Origin: an uncultured Candidatus Saccharibacteria bacterium
Lineage (GTDB): Bacteria; Patescibacteriota; Minisyncoccia; Phycocordibacterales; PALSA-1337
Length of the DNA: 64,000 nucleotides
Assembly (NCBI GenBank): GCA_964389975.1
Contig: CAYMGJ010000002.1
Location: 3,109 to 67,108 of the forward strand
Reading direction: 5' to 3'
Shown here: piece by piece, positions 49,954 through 60,603 of the stretch
How positions within the stretch are numbered: position 1 is the first letter of the stretch
How the letters are laid out: each line of letters starts with the position of its first letter
The notes under the pieces: model-generated
The model's database searches: none
Told to the model about the DNA's origin: nothing
The model's input: the letters and a program-made list of their open reading frames with translations, nothing else
Program-made: the position numbers and the translations under genes

Positions 49954-50406
49954 ATGTTTAAGAAATTCTGTGCATATTTCTGCACACCTGATATGGGTCT
50001 CGTTTTTCTAAGAATTGCTCTTGGAATCTTTATTATTCATGGATGGAGTAAGTTTTCACATATGGAACAAACTATCGGATTCTTCGGAATGCTCGGTCTT
50101 GCTCCATTTTGGGCTTATGTAGTAGCAACAGTTGAGCTTGTCGGAGGTATTGCAATACTTCTCGGAATATATGCTCGATACGTGGGAGCACTTCTCGCTA
50201 TCATCATGGTAGTTGCGATGGCTCAGACTTCATGGGAAACGGGATTCATGGCTCATACATATGAATTCGTACTTCTTTTTGCAGCTCTCGCTATCTCAGC
50301 AATGGGTTCAGGAAAGTTCTCTGTACTCAAGTCTTCATGTGGATGTGATTGCAAAGATGGTTCATGCTCATGTGGAACATCAAAGACTGAGGCTTCTCAA
50401 GCTTAG
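49954..50406 (+). CDS. DoxX family membrane protein with a Cys-rich tail
   Basis: LRIALG.FI.HG..K, E..GG..ILLG and G.G.FS; tail CGCDCKDGSCSCG. Confidence 0.88.
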   Translation: MFKKFCAYFCTPDMGLVFLRIALGIFIIHGWSKFSHMEQTIGFFGMLGLAPFWAYVVATVELVGGIAILLGIYARYVGALLAIIMVVAMAQTSWETGFMAHTYEFVLLFAALAISAMGSGKFSVLKSSCGCDCKDGSCSCGTSKTEASQA

Positions 50407-50416
50407 TTTTTAAATG

Positions 50417-50469
50417 AAAAAACGCAGTGTGTTCTATTGGTACCCGCAATAGTTTCACTGCGTTTTTTC
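50417..50469. terminator. Bidirectional intrinsic terminator
   Basis: AAAAAACGCAGTG...CACTGCGTTTTTT. Confidence 0.7.
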
Positions 50470-50601
50470 TTTGGAATTAAAATATATATTACATAGTTTT
50501 TTCTTGTGTATATATTGTGGCGACTATCACAACATATATATTGTATGAATATGGAATGAATTTTTACTGAAGAAAAGATAAAGGAAGGATAAAGTATATT
50601 G

Positions 50602-51270
50602 TTATGCATCAATAATATATCCACGTCCAGGTATGTTTCTAATCAATGTCTTTTTCTTGTCATCATGTATTTTCTTTCTGAGGTTTAGGATATGAGATTC
50701 AATTGTATTAGAAAATGGATCACTGTCTGCATTCCATACATATTCCATTATCATACCTCGTGAAAGTACGGTTCCTTTGTTGCGTAAGAGAAACTCAAGG
50801 AGATTAAATTCTTTACGGGTAAGGTAGATTTTTGTTTTACCTCTATGTACTAATTGTTTCTTGGTATCAAGTGTTACATCCTCTTTGGTAAGGACTGTGT
50901 TGGTGATGACATGTGGTCGACGTGCGAGTGCTTGTATTCGAGCTTTAAGTTCATCGTATGAAAATGGTTTGACCATATAGTCATCTGCACCATGTTCAAA
51001 GACTTCAACCTTCTTACTTAACTCATGGTGTACGGTAAGAAATATGATGGGGGCTTGTATGTGTGTATTTCTAATTTCATCGAGTACCATTAAGCCACTT
51101 TTTCCAGGAAGTGAATAGTCGAGGATTATAATATCGTATGAATTAGTTCGAGCCATATATGATCCTTCAATTCCTGTATAGGCACGATCAACAGTGAATA
51201 TATCAGATACGAGACATTGAAATATGAAGTTTGAAATCTCGATATCATCTTCAATTAGAAGTATTTTCAT
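50602..51270 (-). CDS. OmpR/PhoB family response regulator
   Basis: LLIEDD, ILD, GADDY..KPF, winged helix LT.KEF.LL and HI.NLRKKI. Confidence 0.95.
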   Translation of the reverse strand: MKILLIEDDIEISNFIFQCLVSDIFTVDRAYTGIEGSYMARTNSYDIIILDYSLPGKSGLMVLDEIRNTHIQAPIIFLTVHHELSKKVEVFEHGADDYMVKPFSYDELKARIQALARRPHVITNTVLTKEDVTLDTKKQLVHRGKTKIYLTRKEFNLLEFLLRNKGTVLSRGMIMEYVWNADSDPFSNTIESHILNLRKKIHDDKKKTLIRNIPGRGYIIDA

Positions 51271-51441
51271 AATTCAGATTATACGTATGTTATACAAAAA
51301 AACTATGAATATAAGTGGAAATGTGGGGGATAGATTTTAGTAAAATTTTATCCTTTTCGAAAGATGGCTCTATGTAGGTATCTTTTCATTCTGTATTCGG
51401 GTTCATTTTTATGGTAATATAGTGAAATACGTAAATTGTCC

Positions 51442-52719
51442 ATGGATACTTTATTTGCATCAATACTCTCACATATGGAGATCGTCATCGAACATGGAGG
51501 ATATCTCGTCCTGTTCCTCGTATCAGTTCTTGAGGGTGTTCCCATTGTTGGTCCCTTTGTTCCTGGTCATACGATAGTTATTCTTTCAGGTTTTCTTTCG
51601 AAGATAGGGGTTTTGGATTTGAGTTATGTACTTGCTCTTTCTATGGCAGGTGCTTTTATGGGTGATCTATTGGGCTTTATGTGTGGTCGAAAATTTGGTT
51701 TTGTATTCCTCAATAGATTTGGAAAGTACTTCTTCATCAAAGACCAGCATGTTGAGAAGGTGAAGACTATTGTGCAAAAACATAGTGGTAAATCGATAAT
51801 ATTGGGTCGTTTTAGTCCACTTACCCGAGCCCTCGCCCCATATATCACAGGCGCAAGTGGTGTGTCATTGCGTAGTTTTTGGTTCTTCGATCTCATCGGG
51901 GTCATTTTATGGGCATGTGTATCAATTGGTTTGGGTTTTGTGTTTGGTGCAAGTTACAAGGTTGCAGCAGTATTTTTTGGTAAGTTCATACTGGCAGCCA
52001 TTATCATTGGTGTATTCACAGTGTGGTCATATCATTTCATTAATCGTCAATTCCATATCTTTGCACGATATGAACTCATTACTCTCTTTCTCAATCTCTC
52101 TGGTCTCTATGTATTTTTCAAGATGATACAGGATGCCCTTGTACAATCTTCAGCTATTGTTGGTTTTGATGTATGGTTCAATCTCCTCCTTCTTTCTAAT
52201 ACGAAGCCATTCCTTGCTTCTTTTTTCATCTTCATGACTAATACCTTTAGTCCAACATCTCTTATGATGTTAATGATAATTGGTATTTGCTATTTCTTGT
52301 ACCGCAAGCAGTGGAGATATGCATTCATTACATTTTTCTCATATAGTGGTGGTATGTTTCTGAGTGGGTTCATCAAAGAAATGGTATTGCGAGCTCGTCC
52401 CGTCGATTCAATTGTAAGTGCAGGAGGGTATAGCTTTCCAAGTGGTCATGCCACTGCAATCATGATTGTATGTGTCATCGCAATATATACTCTTGCTCGA
52501 CGATTTACTTCTACAACAAAACGAGAGATGTTTATCGTATCTCTCGTTCTTCTAACCCTACTCATTGGATTTAGTCGTCTCTATCTCGGTGTACACTGGT
52601 TCTCTGATGTGATTGCTGGTTTTGCTCTGGGTCTTTTCTGGACAACATTTATCATCCTCGCAGTTCGATATTTGGGGATGTTTGTACAGAACTATATACA
52701 CTTAGGAGACAAGAGATGA
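51442..52719 (+). CDS. Bifunctional DedA / PAP2 phosphatase
   Basis: DedA motifs (LE...GP.VPG, GRF) plus PAP2 motifs (K...R.RP, SFPSGH, SRLYLGVHW.SDV). Confidence 0.92.
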   Translation: MDTLFASILSHMEIVIEHGGYLVLFLVSVLEGVPIVGPFVPGHTIVILSGFLSKIGVLDLSYVLALSMAGAFMGDLLGFMCGRKFGFVFLNRFGKYFFIKDQHVEKVKTIVQKHSGKSIILGRFSPLTRALAPYITGASGVSLRSFWFFDLIGVILWACVSIGLGFVFGASYKVAAVFFGKFILAAIIIGVFTVWSYHFINRQFHIFARYELITLFLNLSGLYVFFKMIQDALVQSSAIVGFDVWFNLLLLSNTKPFLASFFIFMTNTFSPTSLMMLMIIGICYFLYRKQWRYAFITFFSYSGGMFLSGFIKEMVLRARPVDSIVSAGGYSFPSGHATAIMIVCVIAIYTLARRFTSTTKREMFIVSLVLLTLLIGFSRLYLGVHWFSDVIAGFALGLFWTTFIILAVRYLGMFVQNYIHLGDKR

Positions 52720-54207
52720 TCCTGTCATTGCTTTTGGAACTGGAATTGAGAGAAGGGTAAGGATTGTTGGAGCAATATCTGCAAGTCCTCCATCTTTGAG
52801 AGTATGTGACGTGTCTGTGAGAATCGCAGGTACAGGATTAGTTGTGTGAGCTGTATGAAGTGTTCCTGATACAGGATCAACATTAACTTCAGCATTTCCA
52901 TGATCTGCAGTTATGAATGCAATTCCTCCTTTCTTGTTGAGTGCCTCTATTACTCTCTGTAATTGAGTATCTACTGTCTCAATCGCTGTGATGATGGCGG
53001 GAACATTTGCGGTATGACCAACCATGTCTGGATTTGCAAAGTTGATGAATATGAAATCGATACCTTTCTCGATTTCCTCAATTGCTTTGTCAGCAATACC
53101 CTCAGCTCTCATCTCAGGGGCTTGATCATGAGTCTTCACGTCCTTCCTACTTGGAAGCATGATATCAACTTCCTTTTCATATGGTTTCTCACGTCCTCCA
53201 TTAAGGAAATATGTTGCATGGGCAAATTTCTCTGTTTCTGCAATGTGACTCTGGGCAAGTCCTGCACGTGATATCTCTGCTCCTAGTGTTGTTTCAACTG
53301 CTGTGGGAGGGAATGCAACAACACAGGTATAGTCGACACAATATTCGGTAAGGGTAACAACGTGGATGTTGTCATTCTTCTGTTTCTCAAGAAGTTTCTG
53401 AGTGAACATGCGTGCACGATCAGCTCTGAAATTAAAGAAGAATACTCCATCGTTTTGTGCAAAAGCACATCCAATACCTTGAAGATTTGCACATACTGTT
53501 GGTTCAAGTAGTTCATCATTTTTTCCAAGTTTGTATTGTTCCTCGAGATACTGAGAAGGAGAAATATTACATACATTTCCTTTACATTCAAACATAGCTT
53601 GCTCTACTCTCGACAGTCTGTCCCAGTTGTTGTCACGATCCATGGCATAGTATCGTCCTGAAATGGTTGCAATGAAGAATTCAGGTCCAAGTTCATCGAT
53701 GAGGGCTTCAAGTTCTTTTACAAACTTTGATGCACTTTGTGGAGGCGTGTCTCGTCCATCGGTAAAGACATGTATTGCTACTCTTTTCATTCCTTGAGCT
53801 TTAGCTTCACGGAGAAAAGCAAAGAGATGATTCTGATGACTATGTACTCCTCCAACACTTACAAGTCCTTGTACATGAAGAGTTGAATCATTTTTGCGTA
53901 CATGTTCAAAGAGATCAACGAAAGCTTTGTTTGAGTGAAAAGCTCCTTCCGCTATTGCCTTGTCGATTCGTACAAGATCAGTATCAACGGGCTTACCAGC
54001 ACCGATGGTTGTATGTCCCACCTCACTGTTTCCCATTTGACCCTCAGGAAGTCCTACAGCATTGCCAGATGCCTTGAGAAGAGAGTGGGGGTATGATGCC
54101 CATAGGGAGTTAAAGAATGGTGTTTTTGATGCAAGAATTGCATTATGAAGCGTATCTTCACGATATCCCCATCCATCAAGAACTATGAGCATTACTGGTT
54201 TTTTCAT
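52702..54207 (-). CDS. gpmI: 2,3-bisphosphoglycerate-independent phosphoglycerate mutase
   Basis: LDGWG, GQMGNSEVGH, GRYYAMDRD, AETEK.AH, DMVGH and TADHGN. Confidence 0.97.
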   Translation of the reverse strand: MKKPVMLIVLDGWGYREDTLHNAILASKTPFFNSLWASYPHSLLKASGNAVGLPEGQMGNSEVGHTTIGAGKPVDTDLVRIDKAIAEGAFHSNKAFVDLFEHVRKNDSTLHVQGLVSVGGVHSHQNHLFAFLREAKAQGMKRVAIHVFTDGRDTPPQSASKFVKELEALIDELGPEFFIATISGRYYAMDRDNNWDRLSRVEQAMFECKGNVCNISPSQYLEEQYKLGKNDELLEPTVCANLQGIGCAFAQNDGVFFFNFRADRARMFTQKLLEKQKNDNIHVVTLTEYCVDYTCVVAFPPTAVETTLGAEISRAGLAQSHIAETEKFAHATYFLNGGREKPYEKEVDIMLPSRKDVKTHDQAPEMRAEGIADKAIEEIEKGIDFIFINFANPDMVGHTANVPAIITAIETVDTQLQRVIEALNKKGGIAFITADHGNAEVNVDPVSGTLHTAHTTNPVPAILTDTSHTLKDGGLADIAPTILTLLSIPVPKAMTGSSLVS

Positions 54208-54215
54208 ATTTTTTG

Positions 54216-55535
<1,320 letters not shown>

Positions 55536-55862
55536 TCACAGTATATCAAAAAATGTGGTTTTTGAAAGGTAATGTAGATACAAGAAAAAACCCTGACGCC
55601 ATAGTGCGTCAGGGGCTCATAATTACTCTGTAACCTAGCGGTGATGCCTGATCATTCTCTCTAAAGCATGATTCGGAGTATAAGGGATTGGAGTTAACCT
55701 ATTTCTCGGGTGTAGACCTTTCAGTTTTGTCGGTTTAGACGGAAGCTCATTCATAAAAAGACCAGGCCCTCGATGATGAATCGGGTGTCTGGTCTTTTTA
55801 TTTATATGTCCTCTTTAAAAATCTTTATTTTAAGGGCAAAAAATGCTAAAGTGTTGTGTAAT

Positions 55863-56486
55863 ATGATTCCTGTTGCTTTGGGAGAACAATCTGAACGATG
55901 GAACAAGGTTTACAGCAAATCAGGAACGCTGCCTTGGACCAAGGTCCCTTTTTCAGAAGGGGTTAAAAAATATCTAAGCTCACTTAACAAAGATGAGCCT
56001 CTTTTGGTTTCTGGCTGTGGTACAGGAGAAACTGTGAATACTCTCAACGAACAAGGATTCGATAAGGTTACAGGTACTGATATTTCAGCGGAGGCTATAA
56101 ATCGAGCAAAGAAATCATTTCCTCAACTTACCTTTAGGGTTGTGGCAACTGAGGACCTCAAAAATGAAGAACAAATCAAGGGCTCAAATATTCTGGATTG
56201 GTTGAACTTACATCAAATTACTCCTGAATCTTTAGAACATTATCTTTCATCGCTTACAGAAGTTGCTGCGTCACTTTGTATTACCTGGATTTTCCACGAG
56301 GGGGCAGAAAAAAGCAGGTCCTACGTACATGAAGGGGAGGTTTATTTTCATAACCCTGTTAATGTCTCAAATATTTTGAGTGTCAGAGGTTTTAAGTTGC
56401 AGGATCAAACTAAATTTCAGTTTACATCTCAGGGAGAAAAACCTATTGTTCACGAGGCTATTACGCAAATTTATGCAAAGTCCTAA
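55863..56486 (+). CDS. Class I SAM-dependent methyltransferase
   Basis: W...Y...LPW, LVSGCGTG and GTDIS..AI. Confidence 0.8.
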   Translation: MIPVALGEQSERWNKVYSKSGTLPWTKVPFSEGVKKYLSSLNKDEPLLVSGCGTGETVNTLNEQGFDKVTGTDISAEAINRAKKSFPQLTFRVVATEDLKNEEQIKGSNILDWLNLHQITPESLEHYLSSLTEVAASLCITWIFHEGAEKSRSYVHEGEVYFHNPVNVSNILSVRGFKLQDQTKFQFTSQGEKPIVHEAITQIYAKS

Positions 56487-57474
56487 AAAGAACATCTTAA
56501 TAATCGGTGGCACAGGCATTGTGGGGAAACCTACGGTTATGCAACTTATCAAGCATAATGAATACAATGTATATTCTATTGCTTTGAAAAAGACAGATTT
56601 CCCTCCAAGTGTAAAACAATATATAGTCGATCGAACGACTGAAGAATATAAAGAGCTTATCGAAAAGTTAAACTCAGAGGTAGACGTTTGGGACGCAGTC
56701 ATTGATATCGTGGCTTTCAATGCAGAAAGTGCAAAGAGTACCTACTCACTTTTTAAGAACGAGGCACAGCATATAATTACGTTAAGTACGAGCTTAGTTT
56801 ACGATCGAACTAAAGAAGATTTAGATCCTATTGCTGAAGATGTTCAACTTGCACCGGAAGGACAATTTGGAGGTTACGTAGATGGAAAGATGAGGCTAGA
56901 GAAGTTCTGGCACTCGATTACAGATGTAAATTGGACCTTACTGCGACCATATCACATCTTAGGAGCCGAATCTCTCCTCGGTTGTATCCCAGAGCACAAT
57001 AGAGATCCTAAATTGATTGAGCGACTTAAGAAAGGTGAGATATTGAGACTTTGCAACGGAGGAAATATCCAGTTCAATTACATTCATCCAAAAGATATCG
57101 CTACTGCGGTTTATAAAATTATCGGCAATACTAATACGTTTAAACAAGTTTATAATCTGGTAAACCCTCAGCCGATCCTCGCTAAAGATTATTACGCTGA
57201 GATTTCTAAGCAAGTCGGCGGCACTTTAAATATCGAGCCAGTACCACTGGATAAAATCTGGTCCGAAATGAAAGGTTGGGAGATGACAACTCTGCCTCAT
57301 ATTTACAGTGTGGAGAAAATGCAAAAGGATATTAACTTTACTCCAAGTATTTCTCTTGAAGAAGGTATCCGAGATGCCATAGAATATCCTGCAAAAATTA
57401 TGTCTACAGAAATTCCCATTCATCAGAGAATGAATAAGCTGCCACATCCTAAGAAGCCTGAGTGGTTGAAATAA
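56473..57474 (+). CDS. NAD-dependent epimerase/dehydratase (extended SDR)
   Basis: IIGGTGIVG, STS.VY, Y...K, LRP and YIH..D. Confidence 0.85.
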   Translation: MQSPKKNILIIGGTGIVGKPTVMQLIKHNEYNVYSIALKKTDFPPSVKQYIVDRTTEEYKELIEKLNSEVDVWDAVIDIVAFNAESAKSTYSLFKNEAQHIITLSTSLVYDRTKEDLDPIAEDVQLAPEGQFGGYVDGKMRLEKFWHSITDVNWTLLRPYHILGAESLLGCIPEHNRDPKLIERLKKGEILRLCNGGNIQFNYIHPKDIATAVYKIIGNTNTFKQVYNLVNPQPILAKDYYAEISKQVGGTLNIEPVPLDKIWSEMKGWEMTTLPHIYSVEKMQKDINFTPSISLEEGIRDAIEYPAKIMSTEIPIHQRMNKLPHPKKPEWLK

Positions 57475-57554
57475 TATAAACAGAGACAATCTTCCAAAAA
57501 AAAGAGTTCTCACATAAAAGTCAATAGGTATCGTTATCTACGTAAAGATGCACA

Positions 57555-58730
57555 TTACCTCGTATCCTCAAGTCGTAGTATTGATATGAGAGTGAGAATA
57601 CAGATGATACCAAGTATCATAAAGAGATATGGATCAGTGGTATATACAAGACCTACTACAGTGATGAGTGGTGCTATGAAATATGATATTGGACGGGTAA
57701 TTCTAAACATACTAAGAATATGGGATTCTGATGGAGGAACTTTCTTAAAGAAATATGTTTCAATCATAACTTCTGCAGCCGCTGCTCCAATACGACTTAT
57801 GAACAAAATGAGTGCCCAGAGGAAGAAGTTTCTTGTTGTTATGAACGTCATGCTACATGTTGCAATACCGAGGATGATAAAGCCGATAGCGAGAAGTTCT
57901 TTTTCTCCCCATTTTTTGTCAGCAAGTTTTCCTAATGGTAATTGCACAAAAACAAATGGTATGAGCATGATGGTGAAAATGATACTGATTTCTCCCCAGT
58001 TAAATCCAATGTGTTGTGAGAGATAGAGGGGGGTATAGATAGTCATCCATGCATAGAAGGTTTGGAGTATTATGTTAATGAAAAATATTTTTGTAATATT
58101 CTTGTCTCGTAATACTGCTCGTATTGTTGCACGTGGTGGAACGGTATGATATTGAGGATCTTTAAATGTACTGAAGTTTTTATGAATGATATAGAGGAGT
58201 ATGAAAAGGAGACCAAAGGCTGCAATATAGATGCCTTTGTAATCATTACCGATAATGAGCATTCCTCCGAGGAGGGGACCAAGTATCCATGCTATATTAA
58301 GCCCCGTCATGTAGAGTCCTCGTATTGTGCCTGTGTGCGCAATGTCGGTATTCTTTTCAAGGAAAATATCAACAGTGAATCCGATAAGGTTAATGATTGA
58401 GAGGGCAAGGATAAGGAGGGGGATAACTACATGTCCTGCATTTGAAAATATGATTCCATAGAAGAGAACAATTTGAATACCGATAAGACACAGTGAGGTT
58501 GTGTAATTACCTAGTTTCTTTATCACTTTGTTGATGAGAAGGAATCCGATGATGGTACAGAGTGAAATGATGAGATAAATACTACTTACTGTTTTTTCAT
58601 CAACAAAGGTTGAGAGAAAACTCGAGTTAAAGTATGTTGCTATAGTGATATGGAGGGTAACAAAAAAACCGACCATGCTCGTTGTGTAGAGCATGGAGGT
58701 TTTTTTTACTGGGTGCAGATGACGCATCAT
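57555..58730 (-). CDS. MFS transporter
   Basis: About 12 TM segments and the GKLADKKWGEK motif. Confidence 0.88.
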   Translation of the reverse strand: MMRHLHPVKKTSMLYTTSMVGFFVTLHITIATYFNSSFLSTFVDEKTVSSIYLIISLCTIIGFLLINKVIKKLGNYTTSLCLIGIQIVLFYGIIFSNAGHVVIPLLILALSIINLIGFTVDIFLEKNTDIAHTGTIRGLYMTGLNIAWILGPLLGGMLIIGNDYKGIYIAAFGLLFILLYIIHKNFSTFKDPQYHTVPPRATIRAVLRDKNITKIFFINIILQTFYAWMTIYTPLYLSQHIGFNWGEISIIFTIMLIPFVFVQLPLGKLADKKWGEKELLAIGFIILGIATCSMTFITTRNFFLWALILFISRIGAAAAEVMIETYFFKKVPPSESHILSMFRITRPISYFIAPLITVVGLVYTTDPYLFMILGIICILTLISILRLEDTR

Positions 58731-58748
58731 TGCACTATTATATCATCC

Positions 58749-60599
58749 CTATATCGTTAACAGAACAGGGATAACGATAGGGCGCTTCGCTGTTTTTTGA
58801 AGAAGGAATTTTCCAATATTGTCTGATACATTTTCTTTTATGAAATCAACATTGATTGGATTCATTCCTTTTGTTGAGTCTTCTATTGTATTCTTGATGA
58901 TAATACGAGCCTGATGAAGTAGTTCCTGTGATTCTCGGAGATATACGAATCCTCGTGAGATGATATCGGGAGATTTCTTGAGTTTTCCTGTCTGGCTATT
59001 GATAATTGCAAAGACAATAAAGATACCATCTTGTGCAAGCATCTGTCGGTCTCGAATCACAACATCCTGAATATCTCCTACAGAGAATCCATCAACCATA
59101 ACGATTCCTGATGGTGCCTTTTCCTTAAGTTTAATTATTCGTGAACCTTTCTCTTGTATTTCTACAATCGATCCATTGTCAGGAATGATTATCTGATCAT
59201 CAGTAAGTCCATTTGCTTCACGGGCAATTTCTCCGTGTACACGAAGCATGTAGTGATATCCGTGAACAGGCATAAAGAACTTAGGTCGAATCTTCTTATG
59301 AATCCATGCTGTCTCATCACGATTGGCATGTCCTGAAGAGTGCACATCAGCAATACGATAGTGAATGATATTAGCCCCTTGTCGTGAAAGGTTGTCCTTC
59401 AGTTTCTGCACAGCTCTCTCATTTCCAGGAACAATTGATGATGAAAGGAGAATGGTATCTCGCTTCGTGATCTTGATATATTTATGAGTTTTGTTTGAAA
59501 TACGCATCATTGCTGCAAACTCATCTCCCTGTGCTCCTGTTGCGAGAACAACAATTCTCTCAGGCGGATAGTTATCAATCTGTTCGACGGTAATGATTGT
59601 GTCCTTCTTTGGTTTGAGAAGTCCAAGATGACGACATATTTCAATATTTGTCTTCATGCTTCGTCCCTCTACAACAACCTTCTTGCCATATTTTTCTGAG
59701 AATTCTATGATCTTAAGCATTCGCTCGAGAAGAGATGCAAATGTTGCGATGATAAGTCTGCCTTTTGCATTTTTAATAATTTCTTCTATGTTCTTATGAA
59801 CTGTTTTTTCTGGAATTGAAAATCCTGGATTTTCGACATTTGTAGAATCAGCCATGAGCAAAAGAACATTCTGATTTTTAAATGCACGATCGTACTCTTC
59901 ATTCTCTTGTTCTGTAGGAATTCCATTGTCATGATCAAGTTTGAGGTCTCCTGTGTGTACAATAGATCCAATTGGAGTTTCGATGATAACTCCCATAGCA
60001 TCAGGGATGGTGTGGGTTACTGCAAAGAATTTAATTTTTAGTGCTCCTATAACAATAGTTTCATCTTTTTCCACTATCTTGATATCCAAAGGTGGAACAT
60101 GAGGAAATTCCTCCTGACGCTTCTTTACCATTACTGACGTAAGCATACGGGTGTAGAGAGGTGGATTTCCAATACGTGGCATAACATAAGGAATACCTCC
60201 AATATGATCGAGGTGACCGTGAGTTACAATCACTGCACGAATGCGATCCTTTCGTTCTTCAAGATATTTTGTGTTAGGAAGGATATAGTCAATTCCAGGT
60301 GTATTTTCATCTTTAAATTGAAAACCAATATCAATAACAACAATATCATTGCCATATTCAACCATGGTCATGTTCTTTCCGATTTCCTCCACTCCTCCAA
60401 GGGGAATGATTCGAATTGATTCGGGTGCAAGGGGTGGAACTGTATCTTCGACTTTTTTATGCACTTGTGTTGCTTCTGGTGGGCGTGCTGGACGTGGTCT
60501 CATTCCAGATTTAAGGGAGCGTGAACTACGTGCAAAAGGAGGTCGAGGTCTATCTCGATGTGGTCGTTCTGCTGGTTTTGTTGGTTGTGGTGTATTCAT
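58749..60599 (-). CDS. rnj: Ribonuclease J
   Basis: LGG.EEIGKN, THGHLDHIG, HTIPD, HTGD.K, DSTN and HSSGH. Start set at MNTPQ. Confidence 0.96.
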   Translation of the reverse strand: MNTPQPTKPAERPHRDRPRPPFARSSRSLKSGMRPRPARPPEATQVHKKVEDTVPPLAPESIRIIPLGGVEEIGKNMTMVEYGNDIVVIDIGFQFKDENTPGIDYILPNTKYLEERKDRIRAVIVTHGHLDHIGGIPYVMPRIGNPPLYTRMLTSVMVKKRQEEFPHVPPLDIKIVEKDETIVIGALKIKFFAVTHTIPDAMGVIIETPIGSIVHTGDLKLDHDNGIPTEQENEEYDRAFKNQNVLLLMADSTNVENPGFSIPEKTVHKNIEEIIKNAKGRLIIATFASLLERMLKIIEFSEKYGKKVVVEGRSMKTNIEICRHLGLLKPKKDTIITVEQIDNYPPERIVVLATGAQGDEFAAMMRISNKTHKYIKITKRDTILLSSSIVPGNERAVQKLKDNLSRQGANIIHYRIADVHSSGHANRDETAWIHKKIRPKFFMPVHGYHYMLRVHGEIAREANGLTDDQIIIPDNGSIVEIQEKGSRIIKLKEKAPSGIVMVDGFSVGDIQDVVIRDRQMLAQDGIFIVFAIINSQTGKLKKSPDIISRGFVYLRESQELLHQARIIIKNTIEDSTKGMNPINVDFIKENVSDNIGKFLLQKTAKRPIVIPVLLTI

Positions 60600-60603
60600 T
60601 GTA

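Noticed and set aside
55615-55800. SAM or purine riboswitch upstream of the methyltransferase
   Set aside because: The conserved aptamer cores could not be matched.
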